This document shows, one piece after another, positions 45,197 to 55,371 of a DNA stretch of 64,000 nucleotides. This DNA is from Clostridia bacterium. GTDB taxonomy: Bacteria; Bacillota; Clostridia; Oscillospirales; CAG-272. The position numbers and the translations under genes were made by a program. The DNA is taken from positions 47-64,046 of the forward strand of contig JAFTIN010000003.1 of the NCBI GenBank assembly GCA_017456895.1, in the 5' to 3' direction. The notes beneath the pieces were generated by a model. That model was not told where the DNA came from and ran no database searches. It saw only the letters and a program-made list of their open reading frames with translations. Position 1 is the stretch's first letter. Each line of letters starts with the position of its first letter.

Positions 45197-47623
45197 ATGG
45201 ATAAAGCAAGCCGTGAAGAGGCTAAGGAAAAAAGAAAAAGAGGTGCAGGGGTTGTCAGATCCATCAAGCACTCGATAGAGGAAGCGAGGATGAAAAGAGA
45301 GGCTCCGCTGCTTGACGTGATGACATTCTTCGTCGCCTTCATATTCTCAAGATGTCACGTTATTTTCGGCTCACACCCGCTGGCTCTGGCATTTGTAGCC
45401 GTTCTGCCGACAAGGGTGTGGATAGCAGTGCTCGGCGCGGTATCGGGCGCTCTGACTCTCGGTAAATCCGGCATAGTCTACTCTATGATCTCGGTCATAG
45501 TCGTGTTTTTAAGAATTATCGTGTCTGGCACGGATAAGGACGAGGACGGTGAGAGGATATATATGAGGTGGTTCTCCGAGGGGCTTTTGCTTAAGATGTC
45601 GGCCTCCCTGATCGGCGGATTTATCGCGGCCATCTACGAGGTGCTCCTCTCCGGCTTTACACCCACCACAGTCCTCTTTGGTCTGTCTATGGTGATCCTG
45701 CCTCCCTTCATCACCTTCGGTCTGTCCGGACTCTTTGACGCCGATGTCTCATTTTTAAAAATATTTGACAACGCTACTAATGTGTTTTCAAGCAAAGGAA
45801 AGAGCGAAAAAGAAAAGTTTAATTTACTTTTCTTCCGTTTATCCTCTTTACTTCTAATCTTCCTTATATCTATATCATTCAGAGAATATGAGCTCGTAGG
45901 CATCAGTCTTGCATACATATTCTCGGGGGCTGTCACTCTCATCGTGGCAAAAAGATTTGGCGCCCTTTCGGGATGCATAGTCGGTTTTGTCTCCTCATTT
46001 GGACTCTCGAGCGCATACTCGGTATCCTTTGCCCTTGCGGGTATTGCGGCAGGCGGTCTCTTTTCCCTCGGACTCCCTTACGGAGTGATCGGCGGCGGAG
46101 TTCTGCTCGGATCATGGGCGGCGTATGCCGGCTCGCTTGAGGGACTGCTCACCATACTGCCCGAATACGCCATAGCCTCGCTCACCGTTTCTCCAATACT
46201 AAAGCGTATCTCTGTCGAGAAGACCGAGGGCGAGTGTGAGGAGGTAGAGAAGAGCGCCATGGATATGGTCGGTACAGTCGCTCTCTCTTACCGTAACAGA
46301 TATAAAGGGGCGCTATCCTCCCTCGAAATGTCCCTCTCGGCAATGTCCTCGTCGATCAAGGCGTATAACGAGAGCTCGGCTCACCCGACGAGGGAGGAGC
46401 TCTCCGACCTCATCCTCGAGTGCGCGGACAAGTACTGCAGAGCTTGTGAAGGGCGCGGCGCCTGTATGACGAAGGGCGACCGCAAATTTATAGACAACAC
46501 ACACGAGCTCGCCGACCTCCTCTATAAAAACGGAAAAATAACCGAGGAGGACCTCGGCGCCTATCCCGAATACTGCCGTCTTTCCCCCAATATAGCCGAG
46601 GCTATCAACCGCGGAGCGGCTATACTCGCAGAGGAGAAGTTCCGCGAGATGAAAAAGGATACCTCGTCCGAGGACTTCGGACTGATTGCCAAGCTGATAA
46701 ACGAAGCAAGACTCGAGGACGAAAAGGAAAAATCGATCAACGAGCCCCTATCGGAAAGACTCGCAGAGGTCATGCTCGACGCCGGAATGCCGGACGGAGT
46801 GATCAGAGCGTTTGGAGAAAGGCGCCCCTACTTTATACTCGCTGCCGAGGACGAAACGGGAAGCAAGATCACAGCGCCCGAATTAAAGAAAAACATTGAG
46901 TCGATAAGCGGGGTGAGACTCGGCACACCCGAGTTCTACCGCAGGGGAAAGATGGCTCTCATGGAGTGCCCGAGCGAGAAGTCCTACGCAGCAGAGTGCG
47001 CGGTAGCCTCTATTGCCGGAGAAAGAGACGAGGTCTCAGGCGATAGCGCAACCGCCTTTGAGAGTGAATGCGGCTTCTTCTACTCCCTGCTCTCTGACGG
47101 AATGGGCTCGGGAAAGGAGGCAAAAGAGGTCTCGTCATTGGTCACCGACTTTATGACTCGCGCCCTTGAGTTTAACCCGGAGGGACAGACCGTGCTCAAA
47201 ATACTCAACCACACCGTGCGTCATAAACACCGTGAGTGCTCTGCCACGGTAGACCTGTTCTCTGTCGACCTGTACAGGGGTGACGCAGAGTTCTTAAAGA
47301 GCGGCGCGGCCGCCTCCTACGTTAAGCGCGGCTCGTCGATCTTCAGAATAAAGTCAAAGACCGCCCCCCTCGGCCTTATGAAAAACGTGGACGCCGAGAA
47401 GATAAAGATAGACCTTGAGGGTGATGACTACATAATCATGCTCTCCGACGGAATAGGCGGTGCAGCAGAGGATACCCCTTGGCTGCTCGACCTTTTATCC
47501 AAGCCTCCGAAGAGAAACCTCAAGGAATATGCAGACTCTATACTCGCTGCAGCTCTCAAAAATCTGCCGCACAATGACGATATGACGGTCGCAGTCACAA
47601 GAGTTATAAAAACAAAGGACTGA
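45197..47623 (+). CDS. spoIIE: Stage II sporulation protein E (membrane PP2C phosphatase)
   Basis: About 10 TM, C..C...C motif, SGDS, SDGMGSG, SATVDL, KSGA, SDG, DDMTV. Confidence 0.92.
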   Translation: MDKASREEAKEKRKRGAGVVRSIKHSIEEARMKREAPLLDVMTFFVAFIFSRCHVIFGSHPLALAFVAVLPTRVWIAVLGAVSGALTLGKSGIVYSMISVIVVFLRIIVSGTDKDEDGERIYMRWFSEGLLLKMSASLIGGFIAAIYEVLLSGFTPTTVLFGLSMVILPPFITFGLSGLFDADVSFLKIFDNATNVFSSKGKSEKEKFNLLFFRLSSLLLIFLISISFREYELVGISLAYIFSGAVTLIVAKRFGALSGCIVGFVSSFGLSSAYSVSFALAGIAAGGLFSLGLPYGVIGGGVLLGSWAAYAGSLEGLLTILPEYAIASLTVSPILKRISVEKTEGECEEVEKSAMDMVGTVALSYRNRYKGALSSLEMSLSAMSSSIKAYNESSAHPTREELSDLILECADKYCRACEGRGACMTKGDRKFIDNTHELADLLYKNGKITEEDLGAYPEYCRLSPNIAEAINRGAAILAEEKFREMKKDTSSEDFGLIAKLINEARLEDEKEKSINEPLSERLAEVMLDAGMPDGVIRAFGERRPYFILAAEDETGSKITAPELKKNIESISGVRLGTPEFYRRGKMALMECPSEKSYAAECAVASIAGERDEVSGDSATAFESECGFFYSLLSDGMGSGKEAKEVSSLVTDFMTRALEFNPEGQTVLKILNHTVRHKHRECSATVDLFSVDLYRGDAEFLKSGAAASYVKRGSSIFRIKSKTAPLGLMKNVDAEKIKIDLEGDDYIIMLSDGIGGAAEDTPWLLDLLSKPPKRNLKEYADSILAAALKNLPHNDDMTVAVTRVIKTKD

Positions 47624-47676
47624 TCACAAATAAGAAGAGGGTTATTTTTGCTTAACCCCCGATTATGACAACTAAA

Positions 47677-47711
47677 ATAGGCAATACAACCGTTTAGGAA
47701 GTATTGCCTAT
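47677..47711. terminator. Terminator between convergent spoIIE and htrA
   Basis: ATAGGCAATAC...GTATTGCCTAT. Confidence 0.65.
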
Positions 47712-47716
47712 ATTTT

Positions 47717-49003
47717 TTACTTTATAAGAGTGAGTGACTTCTCCGTGATCTCGATATTAAGATCAAGAGTCTCGTTTCCTCTCGTTACCCTGATCGAGAC
47801 TACTGATCCGACCCTTGCCGAGAGCATAGAGTCCGTCACAATATACATTTTGTCAACCTCATACGTCACACCGTCAACAGTTATGGAATTGATAATATCC
47901 CCCTCAAGAAGAACACCCTCGGCGAGTCCGCCCTTCTCGGTAGAGATGACGCTGATCTGCTCGCGCTTATGCACCTTGCCGGTCTCTTCATCATAAACCG
48001 TGTACAGCTTGCTAGGGCTGACCACTATACCGAGATAGCATCTGTATACGTTCTCGAGGTTAGTTCCGTCGCAGTAGTAGAGGATATTCTCCGCTACGCT
48101 CTTAACAAAGTTCGACGGGATGGCGTAGCCCATATTATCGGTGTTATTCAGCTTGGCGTTGACTATACCGATCAACTTCCCCTCGCTGTTAAAGAGTCCT
48201 CCGCCGGAGTTTCCGCTATTTACCGCGGTATCGGTTCTCATTACTCTTATCTGTATCTCCGTCGCTCCGTCCGCGCCCTCCATGCGGATGTACTCGCTCT
48301 CAACGTTTATATATCCGAGAGTTGCCGAGATCCCGAGAGCCGCCGGATTACCTACCGCTATTGCTCTGTCAAGCACAGCCACCTCATCCGAGTCCGCAAG
48401 ATCCGCTTCTGTCGCGTTACTCTCGGCAAGAATACGGCTGCCGTCAACCTTAAGCAGAGCGAGGTCGTAATTCATCGACCCTCCGACGTAAGTCGCGGGG
48501 ATGGCGTAGTCCGCGCTCTCCTGGCCGTATAGATACACCGTTATGTTGTCGCTGATACCGTTTTCCGTATCCGACTGATTGTAGTATACCACATGATAGT
48601 TTGTTAGAATGTAGGCGTCGCCGTTATTCTTATCCAGCTTATAGATAACGCCCGATCCGGCAGAGGTCTTCTCGCGGCCGGTGGAGGCTCCGGGCTGATA
48701 TGACATCCCGTACGACACGGTTCTGAAAACGCATCTTATACTCACGGAGCAAAGCAGAGCCTTGGCGGCCGCAACGTTGTCGTTCTCCACTCCGTTTATC
48801 GTAATATCGTAATTATCTCCGCCCTCAACCGTGACGTTGTCTCCCATATTGTTGTTTATCATATTCTGCACCTCATCCTTAGTGAGGTACTCGTCGTTAT
48901 CTTTAAGACCGAGACCGATCAGATTGCAGGATGACATACAGAGAGACGATATCAATAAAATTATCATAAGAAGGACGAGTGAGCGCCCTGTTCTTCTACT
49001 CAT
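47717..49003 (-). CDS. htrA: HtrA-like trypsin-fold serine protease with PDZ domain, possible lipoprotein
   Basis: GSGVIY, TNYHVV, DLALL, TDTAVNSGNSGGGL, GDII PDZ. Confidence 0.88.
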   Translation of the reverse strand: MSRRTGRSLVLLMIILLISSLCMSSCNLIGLGLKDNDEYLTKDEVQNMINNNMGDNVTVEGGDNYDITINGVENDNVAAAKALLCSVSIRCVFRTVSYGMSYQPGASTGREKTSAGSGVIYKLDKNNGDAYILTNYHVVYYNQSDTENGISDNITVYLYGQESADYAIPATYVGGSMNYDLALLKVDGSRILAESNATEADLADSDEVAVLDRAIAVGNPAALGISATLGYINVESEYIRMEGADGATEIQIRVMRTDTAVNSGNSGGGLFNSEGKLIGIVNAKLNNTDNMGYAIPSNFVKSVAENILYYCDGTNLENVYRCYLGIVVSPSKLYTVYDEETGKVHKREQISVISTEKGGLAEGVLLEGDIINSITVDGVTYEVDKMYIVTDSMLSARVGSVVSIRVTRGNETLDLNIEITEKSLTLIK

Positions 49004-49123
49004 AAATGCTCCGATCCGTCCGTGAAAATACGGACATTTATTTTTATCTTACGTACCTATTATATATCAACTTTATTACGATACTGTTACCAAAAAAAGA
49101 AATTAAAATAAAATTTTCCAAAG

Positions 49124-49160
49124 AAAAAAGCAAGCACTATCCTTGTCCGTAGCGCTTGCT
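49124..49160 (-). terminator. Rho-independent terminator
   Basis: AGCAAGC.CTA...TAG.GCTTGCT with T-run on the minus strand. Confidence 0.6.
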
Positions 49161-49167
49161 CTTCCTT

Positions 49168-50286
49168 TTATTTATTCTTGAAGAACTGATATAAGTAGCA
49201 GGGGATCATACCGTTATACAGCTTCTTGACCTTATCGGCCTTCTTGCCGTAGAGTCTCTCAAATCCTTCGTGCGAGGTGATAACGTAGATCTGCCAGGGA
49301 GCTAAGGAGCGGAAGTGAGTGCCGATATCGCGGTATAGCCTCTCGACCTCCTCCACAGTGCCTATCCTCTCGCCGTAGGGCGGATTTGTAACCACGGTCC
49401 CGCGCCTTCCGGGAGCCGAGATACGTCTTGCATCCTGGCGGAAAACCTTAATAGAATTTAACACGCCTGCCCTGTAAGCGTTATCCTTGGTCAATTTTAC
49501 ACACTCCTCGTCGATGTCCGAGGCGTATACCTCAAAGCTCGACTGCACGATACCTTCAAGCGCCTCTTCCTTGGCATTTTTCCAAAGAACGTGAGATACG
49601 TACGGGAATTTTTCAGCCGCAAAATTACGGCGCATACCGGGGGCTATATTTCTCATCTGCATAGCCGCCTCGATAGCTATTGTACCGCTGCCGCACATAG
49701 GGTCCCAGAGGAGCACGTCCTCTCTGGGGCGCGAGGTGGCCACGATCGCCGCGGCGAGCGTTTCACGGATAGGAGCCGCGTTTGCCTCACGGCGGTAGCC
49801 TCTCTTGTGCAGGGGCTCTCCCGAGGTATCTATCATAAGCGTCGCCTCGTCGTTGAGTATAAAGAACTCGACCTGGTATTTTACCCCCTCCTCGGGAAAG
49901 ACGGATATACCGTACACCTCCGACATGCTCCTGACTATAGCCTTCTTGATAATAGCCTGACAGTCGGGTATGGAGAAGAGCTGTGACTTGATCGAGTGGC
50001 CCTTGACGGGGAAGGCGTCGTTTCTGCCTATAAACTCCGACCAGGGGAGGGCGCGCGTTCCCTCAAATAGCTCCTCAAAGCTGGCCGCCTTAAAGGAGCC
50101 GAGCTTAATATACACCCTCTCCGCATAACGGAGAAAGACGTTGGACAGAGCCACCGCCTCCTCATCTCCGATGAAGGTAACTCTGCCGTTTATAGTCGAG
50201 ACACGCTCGTAGCCGAGCCTCTCGATCTCCTCGCCGAGCAGGTGCTCAAGGCCGAAAAGACAGGTCGCAACAAGTTGTATTCTCAT
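49168..50286 (-). CDS. rlmL: THUMP-domain rRNA methyltransferase (RlmL/YpsC-like)
   Basis: IDTSG..LHKRGYR, APIRETLAAA, DPMCGSGT, NPPYGER. Confidence 0.88.
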   Translation of the reverse strand: MRIQLVATCLFGLEHLLGEEIERLGYERVSTINGRVTFIGDEEAVALSNVFLRYAERVYIKLGSFKAASFEELFEGTRALPWSEFIGRNDAFPVKGHSIKSQLFSIPDCQAIIKKAIVRSMSEVYGISVFPEEGVKYQVEFFILNDEATLMIDTSGEPLHKRGYRREANAAPIRETLAAAIVATSRPREDVLLWDPMCGSGTIAIEAAMQMRNIAPGMRRNFAAEKFPYVSHVLWKNAKEEALEGIVQSSFEVYASDIDEECVKLTKDNAYRAGVLNSIKVFRQDARRISAPGRRGTVVTNPPYGERIGTVEEVERLYRDIGTHFRSLAPWQIYVITSHEGFERLYGKKADKVKKLYNGMIPCYLYQFFKNK

Positions 50287-50297
50287 ATCGGATCAAT

Positions 50298-51131
50298 TTA
50301 TTCCTCGGGAATATATCCCTCAAAGATGACAGCGTCAAAGCCGTGGCTGATAGCAGCCTTTTCCTCATCCTGTGACTTGATAGTCCAGGCGACAAGAGCG
50401 GTGCCGAAGCTGCGGCGGACGAATCTCAAGCCCTTGACCTTATAGCCGTTCTTTTCGTATGCGATAAAGTCGGGGCGCACCATAAAGTTGAGCATGAGAT
50501 GCTGGAGCAGAGTGTAAAGGATCTTGCCCTTATGCTTCTCCTCCTTGAGATACTCTGCGGCGAGAATACCGCGCAGAATGTCGGGGCGCAGTTTTCTGAT
50601 TATTTTAAGAGCTATGGGGTTGAAGGACTCGACCACGTAGTCACCCTTGTACCCCTCAAGAACCTCGACAAGCTTCTCGGAAATTCCCTTCTCCTCTCCA
50701 TGCATCTTGACCTCGATGATGAGAGGAACAGCGCCGTCGATAAGGTCGAGAACCCGGCGGAAGGTGGGAACGCCGTCGGCAGTACCGGAGAGGCTCATTT
50801 TGGAGAGCTCCTCGGCGGTATAATCTATTACTTTTCCGTCAATACCCACTACACGTGTTAAGTTATCGTCGTGAAACACCACGAGCTCCCCATCCTTGGA
50901 AAGACGAACGTCGAGCTCGATTCCGTAGCCCTTTTCCTTAGCGGCGGCAAAGGCAGACATGGAGTTTTCCGCCTTGGTATCATCGTGCAGTCCGCGGTGA
51001 GCATATCTGTAGGACTTAAACTTCTCCATCTCGGGACGCTTTTTGCCCGGATAGATCATATACAGCATTAAAAGCAGCGCCACAAGAACCAATGCCAATA
51101 ACACTATCAGTACGATAAAAATAGGGTGCAT
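50298..51131 (-). CDS. Membrane-anchored glycerophosphodiester phosphodiesterase
   Basis: AHRG, ENS, IELDV, VVFHD, IEVK, SFNP, WTI. Confidence 0.9.
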   Translation of the reverse strand: MHPIFIVLIVLLALVLVALLLMLYMIYPGKKRPEMEKFKSYRYAHRGLHDDTKAENSMSAFAAAKEKGYGIELDVRLSKDGELVVFHDDNLTRVVGIDGKVIDYTAEELSKMSLSGTADGVPTFRRVLDLIDGAVPLIIEVKMHGEEKGISEKLVEVLEGYKGDYVVESFNPIALKIIRKLRPDILRGILAAEYLKEEKHKGKILYTLLQHLMLNFMVRPDFIAYEKNGYKVKGLRFVRRSFGTALVAWTIKSQDEEKAAISHGFDAVIFEGYIPEE

Positions 51132-51156
51132 ATATTTCCTCTTTTATAAGTCATTC

Positions 51157-51188
51157 AAAGCGAACGGCGTTTTCTCGCCGTTCGCTTT
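51157..51188 (-). terminator. Terminator after the MFS gene
   Basis: AAAGCGAACGGCG...CGCCGTTCGCTTT. Confidence 0.75.
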
Positions 51189-51225
51189 ATTGATGTTAAA
51201 TTTTAGCCGTTAATTTCACACGGTA

Positions 51226-52731
51226 TCAGTCGTCTGCTCCCGCGAGGCTCTCAAGAGCACCCTGCTTCTCGGGCTTTGCATCTCCGTGCCTAACGAAGAA
51301 CATAGTGACGAAGGAGAGGACTACGAACAGAGTACCGAAGGAGAAGAACATAGCTCTCATACCGAACAGGTCGTAGAGCGCGCCGGAGAGAATGGGAGCA
51401 ACGATCTGTGCAGCCATGGAAGCCGTGTAGTAATAACCGGTGTACTTACCAACCTCTCCGCCCTTGGCAAGCTCAACGACCATGGGGAAGGAGTTGACGT
51501 TGATAGTAGCCCAACCAATACCCGCAAGAGCGAAGATGGGATACATAATAAGCATATTGGAGCCTGCGCTGATGAAGTTACCGATGAAGAAGGCGGTAGC
51601 AAGCATGGTGATACCTGCGAGAATAGTCTTTCTTCTACCGAACTTGGAGGCCACGATACCTACGGGAATGTAGGAGATTATAGCCGCCGCCTGCGCAACG
51701 ATGAGGGTGAGACCGTAGTCAACGCCGAGCACGTTTGCGGAATAAACCGAATACTTACTGGTGATGGAGTTGTAGCCGATGTACCAGAGAGCAACCGACG
51801 CGAGGATAAGCATAAGAGACTTGAACTCCGCCTTATCAAGAGCGCGCTTGGGCTGACCGTCATCTAAAGCGGCCTCTTCAAGGCCGAGATCACGGGAGGC
51901 CTTCTCCATATCGTCCGACCACTGCTTCTCCTTAACGGTAAGCATAAAGACCGCCAGACCTGCCACCATTACAACACAGGTAGCGATGACGTAGCCGGTA
52001 TAGGACATATAGGGGTTCTTGGAGATACCGAAGATAGAGCTGAGAGCGAGTACGATAATACCGCCGGCAGTACCCATAAGGTTGATGATCGCGTTACCCT
52101 TGGAACGAAGGGGCTTAACGGTTACGTCGGGCATAAGCGCGACCGCAGGAGAGCGGAAGGTAGCCATAGCGATAAGAACGATAAGGAGCACGCCGATGAA
52201 TCCGACGAGAGGCCAGATGTTCTCGAGAGTGAGAGCGAGAGCATCCTCTTTAAGAGTAGTCTTAACAGCGTCAAAGATCGACTCTGCCTCGGCAATAGCG
52301 GAATTGTATGCGGACTGACTGAGAATACCTGCGTCAAGACTGCTCTTGAGTCCCTCGGAGGTGTTCTTAAAGGCCTCTGCAGCCGCATTGTATCTATCTA
52401 TAATACCGGAGTCGGCAAGAGCGTTGATCTGAATTCCGTTTACAACAGTAAGAAGGATGAAGGAGAGGACTGCGGCAACCGTACCCACGAAGATGAAGGG
52501 AGTACGCTTACCGAACTTGGTCATGACCTTATCCGAGATCGCGCCGAAGATAGGCAGCATGAATACCGCAAGAATGTTATCCACGGACATAATAATACCC
52601 GAGATGGTCTGCGGGAGTCCGAAGTGGTTTGTAAGTGCAAGGGGTACGATAGCGTCGTAAGCCTGCCAGAACGCGCTGATAAGGAAGAAAGCAAAGCCTA
52701 CGAGAATTGTTCTTTTGTAGTTGAGTTTCAT
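51226..52731 (-). CDS. MFS sugar transporter (GPH/SLC45/MalT-like)
   Basis: 12 TM; GAISDK..TKFGKRTPFI, RSPAVALMPD, ASKFGRRK. Confidence 0.88.
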   Translation of the reverse strand: MKLNYKRTILVGFAFFLISAFWQAYDAIVPLALTNHFGLPQTISGIIMSVDNILAVFMLPIFGAISDKVMTKFGKRTPFIFVGTVAAVLSFILLTVVNGIQINALADSGIIDRYNAAAEAFKNTSEGLKSSLDAGILSQSAYNSAIAEAESIFDAVKTTLKEDALALTLENIWPLVGFIGVLLIVLIAMATFRSPAVALMPDVTVKPLRSKGNAIINLMGTAGGIIVLALSSIFGISKNPYMSYTGYVIATCVVMVAGLAVFMLTVKEKQWSDDMEKASRDLGLEEAALDDGQPKRALDKAEFKSLMLILASVALWYIGYNSITSKYSVYSANVLGVDYGLTLIVAQAAAIISYIPVGIVASKFGRRKTILAGITMLATAFFIGNFISAGSNMLIMYPIFALAGIGWATINVNSFPMVVELAKGGEVGKYTGYYYTASMAAQIVAPILSGALYDLFGMRAMFFSFGTLFVVLSFVTMFFVRHGDAKPEKQGALESLAGADD

Positions 52732-52765
52732 AATATCCCTTTCTGTTTTTTAATAATACACGCAT

Positions 52766-52794
52766 ATTTTAGCACAGAATAGGTCTTTTGTCAA
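52766..52794 (-). promoter_or_regulatory. SigA-type promoter of the MFS gene
   Basis: TTGACA-N17-TAAAAT with TG extension. Confidence 0.7.
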
Positions 52795-52978
52795 ACATAT
52801 TGATTATTTTCTAACTTTTGTTTAAAAAAGAAGAAAATATTTAGTGCATAACAAACAAACTTATTTAGCAATCCTAACAATTTTCCAAAAAATCAATGGA
52901 CATAAGTGACGAGTTGTGTTAAGATTAATCCGTAAAAATATTTATGCATAGCGCACGAGCGCAAGGAGGCAATCTCTT

Positions 52979-55333
52979 ATGAATACGGTTAAGAACATCC
53001 CCACCCTTTGTCTTAAAGCAAACGTAAGTGCCGCGCTTGTAAACGGCAAGCGAGTCACGCTCTCCGCTCCGCCAAAGCAAACGGCGGACGGTCTTCTTAT
53101 TCCGAAAGAGGCTCTCGCCCTCGTTGGCATCAACGCAGCGGAAGGTTACGTAAGCTCAAACGAGATAACCGGCCTTTACAGGGTATACGAGGGAATGGGA
53201 CTTCTCTTCCTTAACAAAGAGGACGGACACCCGGGTTACGACACCGAGGCAGATCTTGTCGAGATACTCACTCTCGCTCACTCCTTCATTTTTGATATAG
53301 AGGTTGGTAAGCTCGCCCTTGACTATGCTCCCGCGACCGCCGAGGAGAGAGAGGGCTTTGTCAAAGTCGGACAACAGCTCCGCTCGCTTTTGCTCGAAAG
53401 AGGTAACACGCACCCCTTCCTGTTTGGTACACAAGAGATTTTTGACAAACTGAGAAAGATATATTCGTCGGCCGACGGCAGCGAGGAATACAAGCTGATA
53501 AAGTCGCTTATCGACAGAGCCGACCGTTACGCAAGCAGCTTCCCCTCCCTTAATGAAAAGGGTGACGGCCTCGTCAGAGATATAGATCCCACGGGCTACG
53601 GCGAGACCGAATACGACGTAGGCGGCAGACACTCGCACTCGGAGGGCAGACTCCTCGAGATCGCGCACCTTGCCTTCGCTTATCAGATGACGCTCGACGA
53701 CAGGTATGCAAAGCAGGCCTACTACTGTACCCTCGGCGTTATCTCCAGACTCCACTGGGGCCCCGGCCACTTTCTCAACTGCTCGGGCGCGACTATGCGC
53801 CTTTCTATGGTTTACGACTGGCTCTATAACGCGTGGAAGGGCTTAAAACTCGACACGGGTGCAGTCAAACGCGGAATTTACACACAGGGTCTGCACCACG
53901 GCTTCAACTCGGTGATACACGACTCGTGCGACTTCCCGAGCCCTATGCAGGGTACGGGCTGGCGTTTTAAATTAAAGAACGATAACTGGAACTCGGTATG
54001 TAACTCGGGTATGATAATCGGCTCGCTCTGCGTTCTTGCCGAGGGCGCGGATGAGGTGATAAACGAGGAAGAATACGAGAAGGTAACAGAGCTTCTCGGC
54101 GCCTCGCTCACCAGCACTATGCAGCCCCGACTCGTCTACACGCAGTACGCTCCGGACGGCTCATACGTTGAGTCCAACTCCTATTGGGCGTACGGCACGG
54201 TCAACCTTATGAACACCATGGCCTCGCTCTACGACTCTCTCGGCACAGACCTCGGTCTCTCGCGCGGCTGCGGACTTGACAAGACCTGCTACTACGCCAT
54301 CAACACCGAAAGCGCCGATTTCGTCGGCTGGAACTACCACGACGGACACGCGAGCAGTCAGGACACCTCAGCCTTTAATCAGTTTGCGCTCATATCGGGC
54401 GACCACTCGCTCTTTGCCATAAGACGAAATCAGCTCGAGGGCGGAAAGTACGTTTCGCTTCTCGATATGATGTACCACCCCACGGTGAGAGGGGTAGAGA
54501 TACCCGAGCTCGACGCCATGCCCCTCGACTACGCTATGGAGGGCATTGACGCATTTACGGTAAGGAGCGGTTGGGAAAAGGGCTCGCTCTTTGCCGGTAT
54601 GATCGGCGGAGCTAACCCCTCGGGAGGCAGCCATTGTCAGATCGACTCGGGCGCCTTCGTCTACCATAATCTCGGCAAGCTCTGGATCACCGATCTCGGC
54701 CCCGACAACTACAACTCCCGCGGCATAAAGAACGGTATAGGCTACTTCGGCAATAATGCCCTCTACAAGAGAAACGCCGAGGGCAACAACTGCCTGTGCC
54801 TCACCTCCCTCCCCTACGGCCAGCTCACGGGCGGCCGAGGATATATGACCGAGTATAAGTCATCGGATAACGCATCATACTGTATCATAGAGAACTCGAC
54901 CGTTTACGGAGAGGACAAGGTAAAGAGCGCAAAGCGCGGTATGCTCTTGACAAACGGAAGAAAAACTCTCGTCATTAAGGACGAGGTAGAGTTTAAAGAT
55001 ACACAGACCGCCTTCAGCACCCTGCACTTTGAGTCGGATAAGATCAAGGCCGATCTCTCGGATACAGGTAAAAAATGCGCCCTCACCCACAAGGACGGAG
55101 AGAGAATATATCTCACTCTGCTCGGTGACGGACACTTCGAGCTCCTCGACTGCAAGGAGGGACTCCTTACCGGAACAGAGCCGGCGGAGGGTGAGCAGTC
55201 AAGAGACAATTACTCTCGTCTTGTTATACACTACAAGAAGGCAAAGTCTATAAACACCGCGGTCGTGATAGACACGGATGAAAATTCCAAATATAAGAAA
55301 AATACAAGCATTGATACCTGGAAAGCAATTTGA
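52979..55333 (+). CDS. Heparinase II/III-like polysaccharide lyase, no signal peptide; paralogue of 6144..10100
   Basis: YDVGGR, HWGPGHFLNC, NWNSVC, YAPDGSYVES.SYWAYGT, HCQIDSGAFVY, GMLLTNGRKT. Confidence 0.75.
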   Translation: MNTVKNIPTLCLKANVSAALVNGKRVTLSAPPKQTADGLLIPKEALALVGINAAEGYVSSNEITGLYRVYEGMGLLFLNKEDGHPGYDTEADLVEILTLAHSFIFDIEVGKLALDYAPATAEEREGFVKVGQQLRSLLLERGNTHPFLFGTQEIFDKLRKIYSSADGSEEYKLIKSLIDRADRYASSFPSLNEKGDGLVRDIDPTGYGETEYDVGGRHSHSEGRLLEIAHLAFAYQMTLDDRYAKQAYYCTLGVISRLHWGPGHFLNCSGATMRLSMVYDWLYNAWKGLKLDTGAVKRGIYTQGLHHGFNSVIHDSCDFPSPMQGTGWRFKLKNDNWNSVCNSGMIIGSLCVLAEGADEVINEEEYEKVTELLGASLTSTMQPRLVYTQYAPDGSYVESNSYWAYGTVNLMNTMASLYDSLGTDLGLSRGCGLDKTCYYAINTESADFVGWNYHDGHASSQDTSAFNQFALISGDHSLFAIRRNQLEGGKYVSLLDMMYHPTVRGVEIPELDAMPLDYAMEGIDAFTVRSGWEKGSLFAGMIGGANPSGGSHCQIDSGAFVYHNLGKLWITDLGPDNYNSRGIKNGIGYFGNNALYKRNAEGNNCLCLTSLPYGQLTGGRGYMTEYKSSDNASYCIIENSTVYGEDKVKSAKRGMLLTNGRKTLVIKDEVEFKDTQTAFSTLHFESDKIKADLSDTGKKCALTHKDGERIYLTLLGDGHFELLDCKEGLLTGTEPAEGEQSRDNYSRLVIHYKKAKSINTAVVIDTDENSKYKKNTSIDTWKAI

Positions 55334-55371
55334 GCTATCCGATCTAAAATGCAAAAAAGAAAGGAGGAAAT

